Shown here: piece by piece, positions 49,020 through 61,867 of the stretch
Layout of the letters: each line of letters starts with the position of its first letter
Numbering within the stretch: the stretch's first letter is position 1
Origin: Verrucomicrobiia bacterium
Lineage (GTDB): Bacteria > Desulfobacterota > Binatia > UBA9968
Length of the DNA stretch: 64,000 nucleotides
Direction of reading: 5' to 3'
Assembly: GCA_035495775.1 (NCBI GenBank)
Contig: DATJFG010000050.1
Span: 9,573 to 73,572 of the forward strand
Notes under the pieces: model-generated
Databases searched by the model: none
Told to the model about the DNA's origin: nothing
The model's input: the letters and a program-made list of their open reading frames with translations, nothing else
Position numbers and translations under genes: made by a program

Positions 49020-50196
49020 GGCTCGGCTTATAACACGCGGGAAAAAAGAATCCAGCCGTCAGAAGCCAGGAGTCAGAAGTAGTAAAGAGGCAAGGAGGCT
49101 AATCCGAAATCCGCGTTTCCGGCTTCTGAATTCTGGATTCTGGCTCCTGAGTGCTATTTTTATTCTTTCTTCCTTCACGTATCAGCTCGCGCTGCCGGGA
49201 AGAAAGATGGTTTTTCCGCGCGATCATTTCTCCCATCCCGATTTCAAGACGGAATGGTGGTATTACACGGGCCATCTCGCGACCGCTACAGGAAGAAGCT
49301 ACGGCTACCAGGTGACGTTTTTTCGCTTCGGCCTAAAAGACCGACAGGGCGACAAGGAGCCGCCGCTCTTCACGGATCTTTACATGGCGCATTTCGCGCT
49401 CTCCGATAAGCAGGACAAAAAATTCCGCGTCGCCGAGCGCGCCAATCGCGGCTACGATGATAAATCAGGGGCCGCAGTCGATCGCCTCCTGGTCTGGAAC
49501 GAAGACTGGAAGCTCGAAGGTCGCGGCGCTGTCCATGTGATCGAAGTGAAAGACAAAGACCTGGCGCTCAGGCTCCGTCTGACGCCTGTAAAGCCGCCGG
49601 TACTCCACGGCGATAGCGGACTCAGCCAAAAGGCCGAAGGCACAGGCCGGGCGTCGTATTACTACTCGTTCACGCGGCTCGCGACCGAAGGCGAGCTCAC
49701 GATCGGCGGACGCAAAGAAGAGGTCCATGGGCAGAGCTGGATGGATCACGAGTTCGGCAGTAACCAACTCGCCGAAAATCAGCTCGGCTGGGACTGGTTT
49801 AGCCTGCAGCTCGACGACAACTCCGAGCTGATGCTTTACGTCATGCGGCGGAAGGACGGGTCGATCGATCCCTATTCCAGCGGCACGATCGTTTACGCCG
49901 ACGGCAAAAGCCGTCATCTGTCGCTCGCGGATTTCAAGATCGAGGCGCTCGACAAATGGAAAAGCCCCGCGAGCGGCGCCGTTTATCCGATGGGCTGGAA
50001 GGTCGCAGTTCCGAGCGCAAATCTCGACTTGCAGGTGGCTCCGTTTTTTCCCAATCAGGAGCTCGACACGAATAAGAGCACGAAAGTAACCTATTGGGAG
50101 GGCAGTGTATCGATCCGCGGCACCGCCGACGGTCGTAACGTCCAGGGACTCGGTTACGTCGAGATGACCGGATATGCCGGGAAGCTCAAGGTCTGA
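49018..50196 (+). CDS. AttH/CrtC-like (hydroxyneurosporene-synthase/lipocalin-like domain) protein, start uncertain
   Basis: Conserved FPRDHFSHPDFKTEWWYYTGHL opening of the AttH/CrtC domain. If started at ATG 49018 it carries a signal-anchor helix and its start codon overlaps the divergent rhodanese start (CATG). Alternative start at ATG 49207 (MVFPRDH). Confidence 0.6.
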   Translation: MARLITRGKKESSRQKPGVRSSKEARRLIRNPRFRLLNSGFWLLSAIFILSSFTYQLALPGRKMVFPRDHFSHPDFKTEWWYYTGHLATATGRSYGYQVTFFRFGLKDRQGDKEPPLFTDLYMAHFALSDKQDKKFRVAERANRGYDDKSGAAVDRLLVWNEDWKLEGRGAVHVIEVKDKDLALRLRLTPVKPPVLHGDSGLSQKAEGTGRASYYYSFTRLATEGELTIGGRKEEVHGQSWMDHEFGSNQLAENQLGWDWFSLQLDDNSELMLYVMRRKDGSIDPYSSGTIVYADGKSRHLSLADFKIEALDKWKSPASGAVYPMGWKVAVPSANLDLQVAPFFPNQELDTNKSTKVTYWEGSVSIRGTADGRNVQGLGYVEMTGYAGKLKV

Positions 50197-50247
50197 GAGA
50201 GTTTTTCTTTCCTTGCTTTGCGCCGCTAAAGCGCCCAGAATCATCCC

Positions 50248-51648
50248 ATGGCGCTGGCGCAAAAAGTCGCGAAAACCATCAGCAAATACGGAATGCTCGC
50301 GCACGGCGACGGCGTGCTCGCTGCGGTCTCCGGCGGCCCCGACTCCGTAGCGCTGCTCCATGTGCTTTCGGATGTAAGCGCCGAGTTCGCCTTGCGCCTG
50401 GAAGTCGCGCATGTAGAGCACGGTATTCGGCAGGCGGCGTCCTGGGAGGACGCGCGCTTCGTCACCCGTCTCGCCGATCGCCTCGGCCTACCGTTTCACT
50501 TGAAGGAGCTGCGGCTCGGTGCGGTCAAAGCGCAGCGCGGCAAAGGCAATCTGGAGGCACTGGCTCGCGAGGAGCGCTACCGATTTTTCATCGATACTGC
50601 GCGCGAGCGGGGACTCCAAAGAATCGCCACCGGCCACACGCTCGACGATCAGGCTGAGACGCTTCTCATGCGGCTGTTTCGCGGCAGCGGACGCCGCGGA
50701 CTCGGGGCGATGGCCCCGGTGTCGGAGCGCGGCGAAGCGACTTTGATCAGGCCGCTCATCGAAACAACACGCGATGAGGTGGAGGCATACCTCGCCGAAG
50801 CGGCGCTCGACTACCGTATCGATCAGACCAATCTCGACCCCGCGCTGCTCAGGAATTGGCTCCGCCTCGAGATGCTGCCGCGAATCAAGGAAAAGATCGA
50901 TCCCGCTATCGCGGCCAGACTTGCGCGGCACGCCGAGATCAGCCGCGGCGAAGACGAGGTGCTCGATCGCCTCGCGCGCGACCTCCTGCCGCGAACCACT
51001 CGCGCCGGCGAGCTGCTGCGCGGTCCGCTGCTCGCGGAACCAACGGCGCTGCAGCGGCGGATTGTCCGCCTCTGGCTACGACAAACGCTAGGCAGCTTGA
51101 GAACCGTAGGATACGATCACATTGAGGCAATCCTCCAGTTGATCGCCGTTGGACCGCCGCAGGGGAAAGTCGCAATTCCCTTCGGGCGCGAGGTCGTGCG
51201 CCGCTATGAGACGGCGGCGATCGAACCGAAGCGTCGAGCCGAAGTGCCGGCGTATAACTATACGGTTGCCGTCGGCGGTGAGCTCTTTGTGTCCGAAGCT
51301 GACATGGTCATCTCGGCGACAGTCGGAACGTCGCCGGCGCTGCCTCAAAGCCCGTTTGAGGCGATTTTTGATCTGCGGCCGCTCCCTGAAACCCTGACCA
51401 TCCGCAATTTTCTTCCCGGCGACCGTTTCCAGCCGTTGGGAATGACGGGTCACAAGAAGCTGAAAGAGCTCTTTATCGAAAAAAAAGTCCCTCTGCTCGC
51501 GCGCCGGACGATCCCGCTGCTTGTCGCCGGCGAAGAAATCCTCTGGATTCCCGGTTACGGCCGGAGCCGCATCGCCGCCGTGACCGCGGCAACACGCGCA
51601 GTCTTGAGGGTAAGCGCGGCGTCGGCCGAAGCGCGCGGCAAGCAATAA
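50248..51648 (+). CDS. tilS: tRNA(Ile)-lysidine synthetase
   Basis: 466 aa with PP-loop SGGPDS and TilS substrate-binding C-terminal domains. Confidence 0.85.
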   Translation: MALAQKVAKTISKYGMLAHGDGVLAAVSGGPDSVALLHVLSDVSAEFALRLEVAHVEHGIRQAASWEDARFVTRLADRLGLPFHLKELRLGAVKAQRGKGNLEALAREERYRFFIDTARERGLQRIATGHTLDDQAETLLMRLFRGSGRRGLGAMAPVSERGEATLIRPLIETTRDEVEAYLAEAALDYRIDQTNLDPALLRNWLRLEMLPRIKEKIDPAIAARLARHAEISRGEDEVLDRLARDLLPRTTRAGELLRGPLLAEPTALQRRIVRLWLRQTLGSLRTVGYDHIEAILQLIAVGPPQGKVAIPFGREVVRRYETAAIEPKRRAEVPAYNYTVAVGGELFVSEADMVISATVGTSPALPQSPFEAIFDLRPLPETLTIRNFLPGDRFQPLGMTGHKKLKELFIEKKVPLLARRTIPLLVAGEEILWIPGYGRSRIAAVTAATRAVLRVSAASAEARGKQ

Positions 51649-51740
51649 GATTTCGCGCTATCGCCCCGAGGCCAACGTTGAACTGCGCTATATCGTATGT
51701 TACCCTTTTTAGGGTTCTCCCGTAAAAGGAGGTTTTTGGT

Positions 51741-53576
<1,836 letters not shown>

Positions 53577-53714
53577 ACGCAAGAAGTCGCCCAAGAGCTT
53601 TAGCGCCTGGTTCGCATTTCAAGCCTTGGCGCTCTCCCAACCCGTCATTAGATTTCAAGCCGCGGTTTGACTTTCCGCTTGCTTCGAAAATCTTAAAGTC
53701 GCAAGCTTCAAGCG

Positions 53715-54617
53715 ATGATGGTGAAAAAAGACACACCAGCTCTGCCTAGCGGGTTTGTCCTCATGACCCGCCATGGCCAAATCGACATGGTCCGGCGCAC
53801 CGCCGTCATGGGCATTGTCAACGTCACGCCGGATTCCTTCTCGGACGGGGGCAAGTACTTCGATGCCGGCAAAGCCGCGACTCATGGCGAGCGGCTGGCG
53901 GAGGAAGGCGCCGAAGTCCTGGATATCGGCGGCGAATCGACGCGTCCGGGGGCCGAACCCGTGACCGTCGAGGAGGAGATCCGCCGCGTCGTGCCGGTCA
54001 TCCAAAGCCTCCGCGTGAAGCTGAGGATTCCGATCTCGGTCGATACGGTCAAGAGCCAAGTCGCGCGGGCGGCGCTCGAGGCCGGGGCGGACATCGTCAA
54101 CGATGTGAGCGCGCTGCGCGCCGATCCGGCCATGGCCGCTCTCATCGCGCGCGAGGCCGTGCCCGTCGTATTGATGCACATGCAAGGTACGCCCCAGACG
54201 ATGCAGCATAACCCGACGTATGGCGATGTCGTCGAAGAAGTCGGCGCGTTTCTCCGGGAACGCGTTCGGTATGCCGTCGAGCGAGGCATCGCCCCGCAAA
54301 ATATTCTGGTCGACCCCGGCATCGGCTTCGGCAAGAACGTCGACCACAATATCGCATTGCTGCGCGGCTTGGCGCCGCTCGCTGCGATCAACCAGCCGCT
54401 GCTCGTCGGCGCGTCGCGCAAGGCCTTTATCGGCAAGCTGCTGGATCTCGGCCCTGATGAGCGTCTGGAAGGCAGCCTCGCCGCGGCTGTGGCCGCGGCG
54501 CTCGCGGGCGCCAATATGATCCGGGTGCACGATGTCAAAGAAGCCGTGCGGGCCTTGCGCATCGCGGACGCGCTGCGTTTCGGCGCGCCCGCAGCCCGGG
54601 AACCCCGTCATGATTGA
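53715..54617 (+). CDS. folP: Dihydropteroate synthase
   Basis: MGIVNVTPDSFSDGG core plus DIGGESTRPG. The true start may be the internal ATG at 53763 (MTRHGQ...). Confidence 0.9.
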   Translation: MMVKKDTPALPSGFVLMTRHGQIDMVRRTAVMGIVNVTPDSFSDGGKYFDAGKAATHGERLAEEGAEVLDIGGESTRPGAEPVTVEEEIRRVVPVIQSLRVKLRIPISVDTVKSQVARAALEAGADIVNDVSALRADPAMAALIAREAVPVVLMHMQGTPQTMQHNPTYGDVVEEVGAFLRERVRYAVERGIAPQNILVDPGIGFGKNVDHNIALLRGLAPLAAINQPLLVGASRKAFIGKLLDLGPDERLEGSLAAAVAAALAGANMIRVHDVKEAVRALRIADALRFGAPAAREPRHD

Positions 54618-55362
54618 AATTTTTTCTCATCTTCGTTGGCAGGACTTCCTCGACATCGCCATCATTGCATTCATTGTCTATCGGCTGATTGCTATGATGC
54701 GCGGCACGCGGGCGATGCAGATGATCATCGGTCTGGTGGTCGTTCTGTTGGTGTATGTCGGCTCCCAATTGCTCGGTCTTTTTACCCTGAATTGGATACT
54801 GGACAATTTTCTCGGCTCGATCATTCTCGTGGTCATCGTCGTCTTTCAGAGCGACATCCGCCGAGCGCTGACCCAAGTAGGGACGACGCCGCTGTTCGGA
54901 GGCGCCGATCGACTCGAGCGCGGGCAGGCGTTGGAGGAGATCACGAAGTCGGCGATCGCTATGGCGGCCAAGCGGATCGGCGCGCTGATCGTACTTGAAC
55001 GGGAAGTCGGCCTTAACGATTACATCGAAGTCGGCACGCCGCTCGATGCCCGCGTCACCGCCGAGCTCGTGGAAAGCGTGTTTCTCCCGCGCTCGCCGAT
55101 TCACGACGGGGCGCTCGTGATCCGAAACGGCCGGATCGCCGCGGCGAGGTGCATTCTGCCCCTCAGCGAAGATTCGAGACTCGGACGCGATGTCGGGACG
55201 CGCCATCGAGCAGCCGTCGGGCTCACCGAAGGAACGGACGCCGTCGTGGTCGTCGTGTCGGAGGAAAAAGGACAGGTCTCACTGGTCGTCGGCGGCAAGG
55301 TCACGCGCGATGTCGACGGGCTTGAACTTCGCTCGGCGCTGGAACGGCTGCTCAGCGCATGA
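54610..55362 (+). CDS. cdaA: Diadenylate cyclase CdaA (DisA_N/DAC domain, membrane-anchored)
   Basis: Three N-terminal TM helices plus DAC domain with DGA and RHR motifs (HDGALVIRNGRI, GTRHRAAVG). Start at 54610 overlaps folP stop. Confidence 0.9.
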   Translation: MIEIFSHLRWQDFLDIAIIAFIVYRLIAMMRGTRAMQMIIGLVVVLLVYVGSQLLGLFTLNWILDNFLGSIILVVIVVFQSDIRRALTQVGTTPLFGGADRLERGQALEEITKSAIAMAAKRIGALIVLEREVGLNDYIEVGTPLDARVTAELVESVFLPRSPIHDGALVIRNGRIAAARCILPLSEDSRLGRDVGTRHRAAVGLTEGTDAVVVVVSEEKGQVSLVVGGKVTRDVDGLELRSALERLLSA

Positions 55363-56291
55363 ACCGCACCTGGAGAAAATTTCTCTCATGGGCGAGCGGC
55401 GACACCGGGCTTAAGCTCTTCTCGGTGCTCTTCGCGATCGGCCTGTGGCTGTTCGTTAACGCCGGGCAAAAGCCCACGGAAAAATCGTTGACGGTGCCGG
55501 TGGAAGTCCGCAACCTCCCGGCCGACCTCATGACCGCGGGCCCCGGACCGGGCCCGATCGAGGTCCGCGTCTCCGGACCTCCCGCGCTGCTTTCCACGCT
55601 CGATCCGGAATATCTCAAGGTCGTCCTCGATCTCGATGGCGCGCATGCGGGAACGTCCACGTTCCGCCTGAGCGCCGCTTTTTTCAATCCGCCGCGCGGC
55701 GTCAGAATCATCAGGATCACTCCTTCGGTCATTAATCTGAAGCTCGATGCTAAAGGCGAGCGGGTATTGCCGGTGACTGTGCGGCTTGGCAACAAGCCGC
55801 CGGCCGGTTATAAAATTGTTCGCGCCGAGGCGAATCCGGACACCGTCAAAGTCCGCGGCCCGGCGAGTACGGTCAATCGCATGACGACGATCGAAACGAC
55901 GCCCGTCGAGGTCGAGTCGACAAAGCGGCAGTTTACGCGCGAGGCGCGCTTAAGCTCTTCGGATGAGACGCTGACGTTCGCGCCCGATAAGGTCGTCGTA
56001 ACCGTTGTCATGGAAGAAGAGAACATTGACCGCGAGTTCAGCCGTCTCGATGTGCGCGCCAAAAATGCCGCCGGGAAATACAACGTCACCCCGCGCCAGG
56101 CGTACGTTAAGCTCGCCGGCCCGAAGCGTATTCTCGGCGACCTTCAGTTAGGGCCGGAGCAGGTGTATCTCGACCTCAAAGGCCTGGGACCGGGGAGCCA
56201 CTCTGTCCCCCTCACTTTCGACCTGCCGCGGGAGGTGAAGGTGCTGGAGCAAAAACCGGAGCGGTTTCGCGTCATGATTTCGAGCCGTTGA
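55359..56291 (+). CDS. cdaR: CdaA regulatory protein CdaR (YbbR-like domains)
   Basis: 310 aa with N-terminal TM anchor and repeated YbbR-like beta domains. ATGA overlap with cdaA. Confidence 0.8.
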   Translation: MNRTWRKFLSWASGDTGLKLFSVLFAIGLWLFVNAGQKPTEKSLTVPVEVRNLPADLMTAGPGPGPIEVRVSGPPALLSTLDPEYLKVVLDLDGAHAGTSTFRLSAAFFNPPRGVRIIRITPSVINLKLDAKGERVLPVTVRLGNKPPAGYKIVRAEANPDTVKVRGPASTVNRMTTIETTPVEVESTKRQFTREARLSSSDETLTFAPDKVVVTVVMEEENIDREFSRLDVRAKNAAGKYNVTPRQAYVKLAGPKRILGDLQLGPEQVYLDLKGLGPGSHSVPLTFDLPREVKVLEQKPERFRVMISSR

Positions 56292-56319
56292 GCATCAGTT
56301 ATCAACATGGGAGCTAAGC

Positions 56320-57771
56320 ATGTCCTCTGAAAAGGCCAAAAAGATCAAATATGAGCGCCGGCTGTTCGGCACCGATGGTGTCCGCGGGGTGGCGAACGTC
56401 GAGCCGATGACCTCGGAAATGGCGCTCAAGCTCGGCCGCGCGCTCGCGTCGGTCATTCACGACCCGAGGCATCAGGCGGCGGGCGCGCCCGGCTATCATC
56501 CGCCGGCGCCGGCGAAGCTCGGCGGGGCCGACGCGCGCCACCGTTACAAGATTCTGATCGGTAAGGACACGCGTCTTTCCGGATATATGCTGGAGACGGC
56601 GCTGGCGTCCGGCATCTGCTCAATGGGCGCCGACGTGCTCCAGGTGGGACCGTTGCCGACTCCGGGTGTCGCCTATCTCACGCGCAGCATGCGCGCCGAC
56701 GCGGGCGTCGTCATCTCGGCTTCGCACAATCCTTTTGAAGACAACGGCATCAAGTTCTTCTCCTACGACGGCTTCAAGCTGCCCGACGATACCGAAGCCC
56801 GCATGGAAGAGATGATCTTCAGCGGCGAGACCGAGCGGCACCGGCCGACCGCGGGCGAGATCGGCAAGGCGCAACGCATCGACGACGCCGTCGGCCGCTA
56901 TGTGGTGTGTCTCAAGAACAGTTTTCCGCGCCATCTCACGCTGGAGGGCATGAAAATCGTCGTCGACTGCGCGCACGGCGCGGCTTATCGTGTCGCGCCT
57001 GCGGTTCTGACGGAACTGGGGGCCGAAGTGATTCCGATCGGCGTCAAACCCGACGGCGAGAACATCAATCAAGACTGCGGCTCGCTTTATCCTGAAACCG
57101 CGCGTCAGGCGCTGCTGGAACATGGTGCCGATCTCGCGATCGCCCTCGACGGAGACGCCGACCGGGCCGTCTTCGTCGACGAGAAGGGCGAGATCGTCGA
57201 TGGCGACCATGTGCTTGCCATTTGCGCGAAAGAGATGCGCGAGAAGCGGGCGCTGAAAGGCGACACCGTCGTCGCCACGGTGATGAGCAATCTCGGACTC
57301 GAGCTGGCGCTTGGCGCCATCGGGGTCCGGCTTAAGCGCACTCAGGTGGGCGACCGCTACGTGGTGGAGGAGATGGTGCGCGGCGGCTTCAATTTAGGTG
57401 GCGAACAGTCGGGACATCTGCTCTTTCTCGATCATAATACGACCGGCGACGGCTGCTTAACGGCGCTCCAGCTGCTCTCCGTCATCGTTGAAAGAGGCCG
57501 CTCGCTCGGCGAATTAAAAAAGATCATGACGCAGCTGCCGCAGGTGCTGCTCAACGTAAAGGTCAAAGACAGAAAGGAAATGGCTGCTCTGCCGCGGCTC
57601 GCCGCCAAGATCGCCGCGGTCGAAAAAGAGCTCGGCTCGCGCGGCCGTCTGTTGGTTCGCTACTCCGGCACCGAGCCGGTGGCGCGCGTGATGCTCGAAG
57701 GCGAGAACGAGCAGCGCATCCGCGGCATGGCCGAGGAGATCGCGGAGGAAATCCGTAAGGAGCTGGGTTAG
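56320..57771 (+). CDS. glmM: Phosphoglucosamine mutase
   Basis: Active-site loop [16 protein letters not shown]. Part of the conserved cdaA-cdaR-glmM operon. Confidence 0.95.
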   Translation: MSSEKAKKIKYERRLFGTDGVRGVANVEPMTSEMALKLGRALASVIHDPRHQAAGAPGYHPPAPAKLGGADARHRYKILIGKDTRLSGYMLETALASGICSMGADVLQVGPLPTPGVAYLTRSMRADAGVVISASHNPFEDNGIKFFSYDGFKLPDDTEARMEEMIFSGETERHRPTAGEIGKAQRIDDAVGRYVVCLKNSFPRHLTLEGMKIVVDCAHGAAYRVAPAVLTELGAEVIPIGVKPDGENINQDCGSLYPETARQALLEHGADLAIALDGDADRAVFVDEKGEIVDGDHVLAICAKEMREKRALKGDTVVATVMSNLGLELALGAIGVRLKRTQVGDRYVVEEMVRGGFNLGGEQSGHLLFLDHNTTGDGCLTALQLLSVIVERGRSLGELKKIMTQLPQVLLNVKVKDRKEMAALPRLAAKIAAVEKELGSRGRLLVRYSGTEPVARVMLEGENEQRIRGMAEEIAEEIRKELG

Positions 57772-57794
57772 TAGCGGCGCAACCGATCCCTTTT

Positions 57795-58529
57795 ATGCTT
57801 CGTCTCGGCGTCAATATCGATCACGTCGCGACCGTCCGTCAGGCCCGCGGCGTCGACATTCCGGACCCTGTTGAGGCCGCCCTGCTGGCCGAGAAGGGAG
57901 GCGCCGACGGCATCACCGTCCATTTGCGCGAGGATCGCCGCCACATTCAGCAGCGCGACGTCGAGCGCCTCCGTGCGACGATCAGGACCAAGCTCAACCT
58001 GGAGATGGCCGCGACCGCGGAGATGGTCCGCCTCGCCGCCGAGCTTCGTCCCGACGACGCCTGCTTCGTCCCCGAGCGGCGCGCAGAGTTGACGACCGAG
58101 GGCGGTCTCGACGTCGCCGGTCAAAAACAAAGAATCCGTAGCGCGGTCGAGTCGCTTCAGCGAATCGGAATCAAGGTGAATCTCTTCATCGACCCCGATG
58201 AGCGGCAGGTCGAGGCGAGCGGCGAGACCGGGGCATACGGAGTGGAGATTCATACCGGCAGGTACGCCAATGCGGGCGGAAACGCCGCCCGCGAGGTGGA
58301 GGAGGTCGCCCGCATGGCCGCGCTCGCGCGCCGGCTGGGATTCGAAGTCCACGGCGGCCACGGCCTGAATTATGACAACGTCATTCCCATCAGCCGGATT
58401 TCCGAGATCGTCGAGCTCAACATCGGTCACAGCATCGTGGCCCGCGCCCTCATGGTCGGTATGGAGCAGGCGGTGCGGGAGATGAAGGCGCTCCTTGACG
58501 GCGGCCGTGACTCGCGGCCGGCCTCGTGA
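57795..58529 (+). CDS. pdxJ: Pyridoxine 5'-phosphate synthase
   Basis: 244 aa. N-terminal [16 protein letters not shown] is characteristic of PdxJ. Confidence 0.9.
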   Translation: MLRLGVNIDHVATVRQARGVDIPDPVEAALLAEKGGADGITVHLREDRRHIQQRDVERLRATIRTKLNLEMAATAEMVRLAAELRPDDACFVPERRAELTTEGGLDVAGQKQRIRSAVESLQRIGIKVNLFIDPDERQVEASGETGAYGVEIHTGRYANAGGNAAREVEEVARMAALARRLGFEVHGGHGLNYDNVIPISRISEIVELNIGHSIVARALMVGMEQAVREMKALLDGGRDSRPAS

Positions 58530-58568
58530 TAGAATTTCTCTCTTTCATCGAGCTTGCATAAGGCTTTT

Positions 58569-60131
58569 ATGTTGGTCGTAACCTCGCAAGAGATGCGCGA
58601 GCTCGATCGCCTGACGATCGAGAAGTATCGCGTGCCGAGCCTTACCCTGATGGAAAACGCCGGGGAGGCGGTCGCCGAGGCGCTCATCGCGCGCTTCTCC
58701 AAGCAGGCGAAAGCGGGCGTGCTCGTCGTCTGCGGCAAGGGCAACAACGGCGGCGATGGATTCGTCGTCGCGCGCCATCTCAAAAAAAAAAGTATTCCCT
58801 GTGAAGCCGTTCTGCTGGCGCGGAAAGACGATATTTCGGCAGATTCGGCGGAAAATCTGCGCGCCTATTTAAAGCTGAAAGGCAAAGTTTTCGAAGGCGC
58901 CGACCCTGTGGCGCTACTGCGCGAGCGACTGAAGGGAAAAAAGCTCATCGTCGACGCGATCCTCGGCACCGGACTCAAAGAAAACGTGCGCGGCGTTTAT
59001 GCCGAAGCGATCGAGCTGATCAACGGCTGCGGTCATCCGGTCATCGCGGTCGACATCCCTTCGGGGCTCGACGGCGACACCGGCCGGCAGCTCGGCGCGG
59101 CGATCACGGCCGAGATGACGGTCGCTCTCGCTTACCCCAAATTAGGCGAAGTGGTATATCCCGGCGTCTCATCCGTCGGAGAGCTGGCGGTGGCCGACAT
59201 CGGCATCCGCACCGAGGCCGTTGCCGAGGTGAGGCCGCGCGCCGAGCTGTTGGAAGACGAAGGAATTGGATGGCTCGTACCCGAGCGCGCCGCCGATAGC
59301 CACAAGGGTACCTACGGACACCTGTTGGTTTTTGCCGGATCCCGCGGTAAGACCGGCGCGGCGATACTCTCCTGCCGCGGCGCGCTCAGAAGCGGCGCCG
59401 GCCTCGTAACTTTAGCCGCGGCGCATTCGCTGAACGTTATTTTCGCCTCTGCGCTGGTCGAAGCCATGACCGAGCCGCTCGCTGAACGGGCGAACGAGGA
59501 GATCGAGCCGCTGACTGATCAGGACTGGCGGCGACTGCTGGAGCGAAAAAGCGCTGTGCTGTTCGGGCCGGGTGTCGGCGTGAACGATTCCACGCGCGGC
59601 GCGGTCTGGTGGTTGCTGCGCAATCTCGACGCGCCGCTGGTCATCGACGCCGACGGGCTGAATCTATTGTCCGGCGACGTCGCCCGGCTCGCAAGCGCCA
59701 AGCGTTCGCCGGTGCTGACGCCGCATCCAGGAGAGATGGCGCGGCTCCTTGGAACGGACACGGCGGCGGTCAACGGCGACCGCGCCGGCGTCGCACGCTC
59801 CTTCTCCGAAAAGCACCGCTGCTATATCGTCCTCAAAGGCGCGCGCACGATCATCGCCACGCCCGAGGGGCGGATCTTCATCAATCCGACCGGGAATCCC
59901 GGCATGGCAAGCGGCGGGATGGGCGATGTTCTGGCCGGTATTCTGGCCGGGCTTTTGGCGCAGGGCTTCGCCGTCGAAGACGCGCTCAAGCTCGGGGTTT
60001 ACGTCCACGGCTTTGCCGGAGATCAAGCCGCCATGATAAAAGGACAGATGGGCCTGATCGCCTCGGATGTCATCGAGGCGCTGCCGCAGAGCTTGAAGCA
60101 GCTGAAGGAACTCGCGAGGCAGCGGGCATGA
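58569..60131 (+). CDS. nnr: Bifunctional NAD(P)H-hydrate repair enzyme (epimerase/ADP-dependent dehydratase)
   Basis: YjeF_N (VVCGKGNNGGDG) plus carbohydrate-kinase-like C-terminal domain (GGMGDVLAG). ATG at 58569. The track ORF starts at an upstream TTG (58554). Confidence 0.85.
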   Translation: MLVVTSQEMRELDRLTIEKYRVPSLTLMENAGEAVAEALIARFSKQAKAGVLVVCGKGNNGGDGFVVARHLKKKSIPCEAVLLARKDDISADSAENLRAYLKLKGKVFEGADPVALLRERLKGKKLIVDAILGTGLKENVRGVYAEAIELINGCGHPVIAVDIPSGLDGDTGRQLGAAITAEMTVALAYPKLGEVVYPGVSSVGELAVADIGIRTEAVAEVRPRAELLEDEGIGWLVPERAADSHKGTYGHLLVFAGSRGKTGAAILSCRGALRSGAGLVTLAAAHSLNVIFASALVEAMTEPLAERANEEIEPLTDQDWRRLLERKSAVLFGPGVGVNDSTRGAVWWLLRNLDAPLVIDADGLNLLSGDVARLASAKRSPVLTPHPGEMARLLGTDTAAVNGDRAGVARSFSEKHRCYIVLKGARTIIATPEGRIFINPTGNPGMASGGMGDVLAGILAGLLAQGFAVEDALKLGVYVHGFAGDQAAMIKGQMGLIASDVIEALPQSLKQLKELARQRA

Positions 60132-60637
60132 GGCAAAAAGGCTCTTCTTTGACCCGGCTTATGCCCCAGGAACCGCACCGTAAGATCTTGTCTTACTCGG
60201 CGGTCGAAACGCGCAATTGGGGCAAGAAGGTCGGTAAGCTGTTGGACGCCGGCGCGATCGTGGGCCTCACCGGCGATCTCGGAAGCGGAAAGACCTGTTT
60301 CGTGCGCGGCGCCGCCGAAGGCTTGGGCGTCGGTAAGGAAGCCTGGATTCGCAGCCCGACTTTCACTCTCGTCAATGAATACGACGGGCGGCTGCCGGTA
60401 TATCATATCGATCTTTACCGGATCGGCAGCGCGCAAGAGCTGGAGGAGCTGAATTTGCGCGAATACCTTTACGGCGACGGTGTGAGCCTGATCGAGTGGT
60501 TTGAGAAAATGCCGCCGGCAGAAGTCGACGAATGGCTCGGGATTCATTTCGAGCACCGCGCTGCAAACGAGCGCGAGATAACTTTCGAAGCGCAGGGCGA
60601 GCGCTACGGCGAACTTTTGAAGCGCTTAAAAGCATAG
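60128..60637 (+). CDS. tsaE: tRNA threonylcarbamoyladenosine biosynthesis ATPase TsaE
   Basis: About 169 aa with P-loop GDLGSGKT and YjeE-family similarity. ATGA overlap with nnr stop. The reading frame is embedded in a longer out-of-context track ORF (59609-60637). Confidence 0.8.
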   Translation: MRQKGSSLTRLMPQEPHRKILSYSAVETRNWGKKVGKLLDAGAIVGLTGDLGSGKTCFVRGAAEGLGVGKEAWIRSPTFTLVNEYDGRLPVYHIDLYRIGSAQELEELNLREYLYGDGVSLIEWFEKMPPAEVDEWLGIHFEHRAANEREITFEAQGERYGELLKRLKA

Positions 60638-60643
60638 ACGTTT

Positions 60644-61867
60644 ATGGCTTTAGTGGTTCAGAAATACGGCGGTACGTCGGTCGGCAGCGTCGAGCGCATC
60701 AAAAACGTCGCGCGGCGCATCGTCGCGGCGAAAGAGCGCGGCAACGATCTCGTTGTCGTCGTCTCGGCTATGGCGGGCGAGACGAACCGCCTCGTCGCGC
60801 TGGCGCAGCAGATCTGCGACATGCCCGACGAGCGCGAGCGCGACGTTTTGCTCGCGTCCGGCGAGCAGGTCTCGACGGCGCTGATGGCGCTTACGATCCG
60901 CTCGATGGGCCACAAGGCACGGTCGTTTCTAGCGCACCAGATGCGCATCCGCACCGATAACAGCTACGGCAAAGCGCGCATCAAGAGTATCGACGCGAGC
61001 CGCGTCCGGCAGTCAATCCGCGGCGGCGAGATCGTCGTCGTCGCCGGCTTTCAGGGCATCGACGAGGACGACAATATCACGACGCTGGGCCGTGGCGGCT
61101 CGGATACCAGCGCCGTCGCCGTTGCTGCGGCGTTGGGTGCCGATAGCTGCGAGATATACACGGATGTCGATGGAGTCTACACGACCGATCCCAACGTTTG
61201 CCCCGCCGCGCGCAAGCTCGCCCGCGTCTCCTACGAGGAGATGATCGAGATGGCGAGCATGGGGGCCAAGGTGCTCCAGATCCGGTCGGTCGAGCTGGGA
61301 ATGAAATTCAAAGTGCCGATCCATGTACGCTCGAGCTTCAACGAAGCCGAGGGAACCTGGGTCGTCGAGGAGGACGAAACCATGGACGCGCTGTTGGTGT
61401 CCGGCGTCACTTACGACAAAGATGAGGCCAAGATCACGCTCGTTGGCGTGCCCGACCGTCCGGGCCTGGCGGCCCAGATCTTCGGCCCGATTGCCGAGGC
61501 GAACGTCGTCGTCGATATGATTATTCAGAACGCGAGCGCGGCCGGCACGACCGATTTGACTTTTACGGTGCCCAAGGCGGATTATAAAAAGGCGGTTGCG
61601 TTAGTCGAGAATCTGCCGGAGTCGATTCAGGCCAAAGGCATCACCGTCGATCCAAAGATCGCCAAGGTTTCGATCATCGGCGTCGGCATGCGCACGCACG
61701 CCGGCGTCGCCGCGCGCATGTTCAAGGTGCTGTCGCGCGAGAAGATCAACATCGAGATGATCTCCACCTCCGAAATCAAGGTGTCGGTCGTGATCGACGA
61801 GAAGCAGACGGAGCAGGCCGTCAAAGCGCTGCACCAGGAATTCATCGAGAACCAAGCGGCCCTATGA
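60644..61867 (+). CDS. lysC: Aspartate kinase
   Basis: 407 aa with N-terminal KYGGTSV kinase motif and two C-terminal ACT domains. Confidence 0.9.
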   Translation: MALVVQKYGGTSVGSVERIKNVARRIVAAKERGNDLVVVVSAMAGETNRLVALAQQICDMPDERERDVLLASGEQVSTALMALTIRSMGHKARSFLAHQMRIRTDNSYGKARIKSIDASRVRQSIRGGEIVVVAGFQGIDEDDNITTLGRGGSDTSAVAVAAALGADSCEIYTDVDGVYTTDPNVCPAARKLARVSYEEMIEMASMGAKVLQIRSVELGMKFKVPIHVRSSFNEAEGTWVVEEDETMDALLVSGVTYDKDEAKITLVGVPDRPGLAAQIFGPIAEANVVVDMIIQNASAAGTTDLTFTVPKADYKKAVALVENLPESIQAKGITVDPKIAKVSIIGVGMRTHAGVAARMFKVLSREKINIEMISTSEIKVSVVIDEKQTEQAVKALHQEFIENQAAL

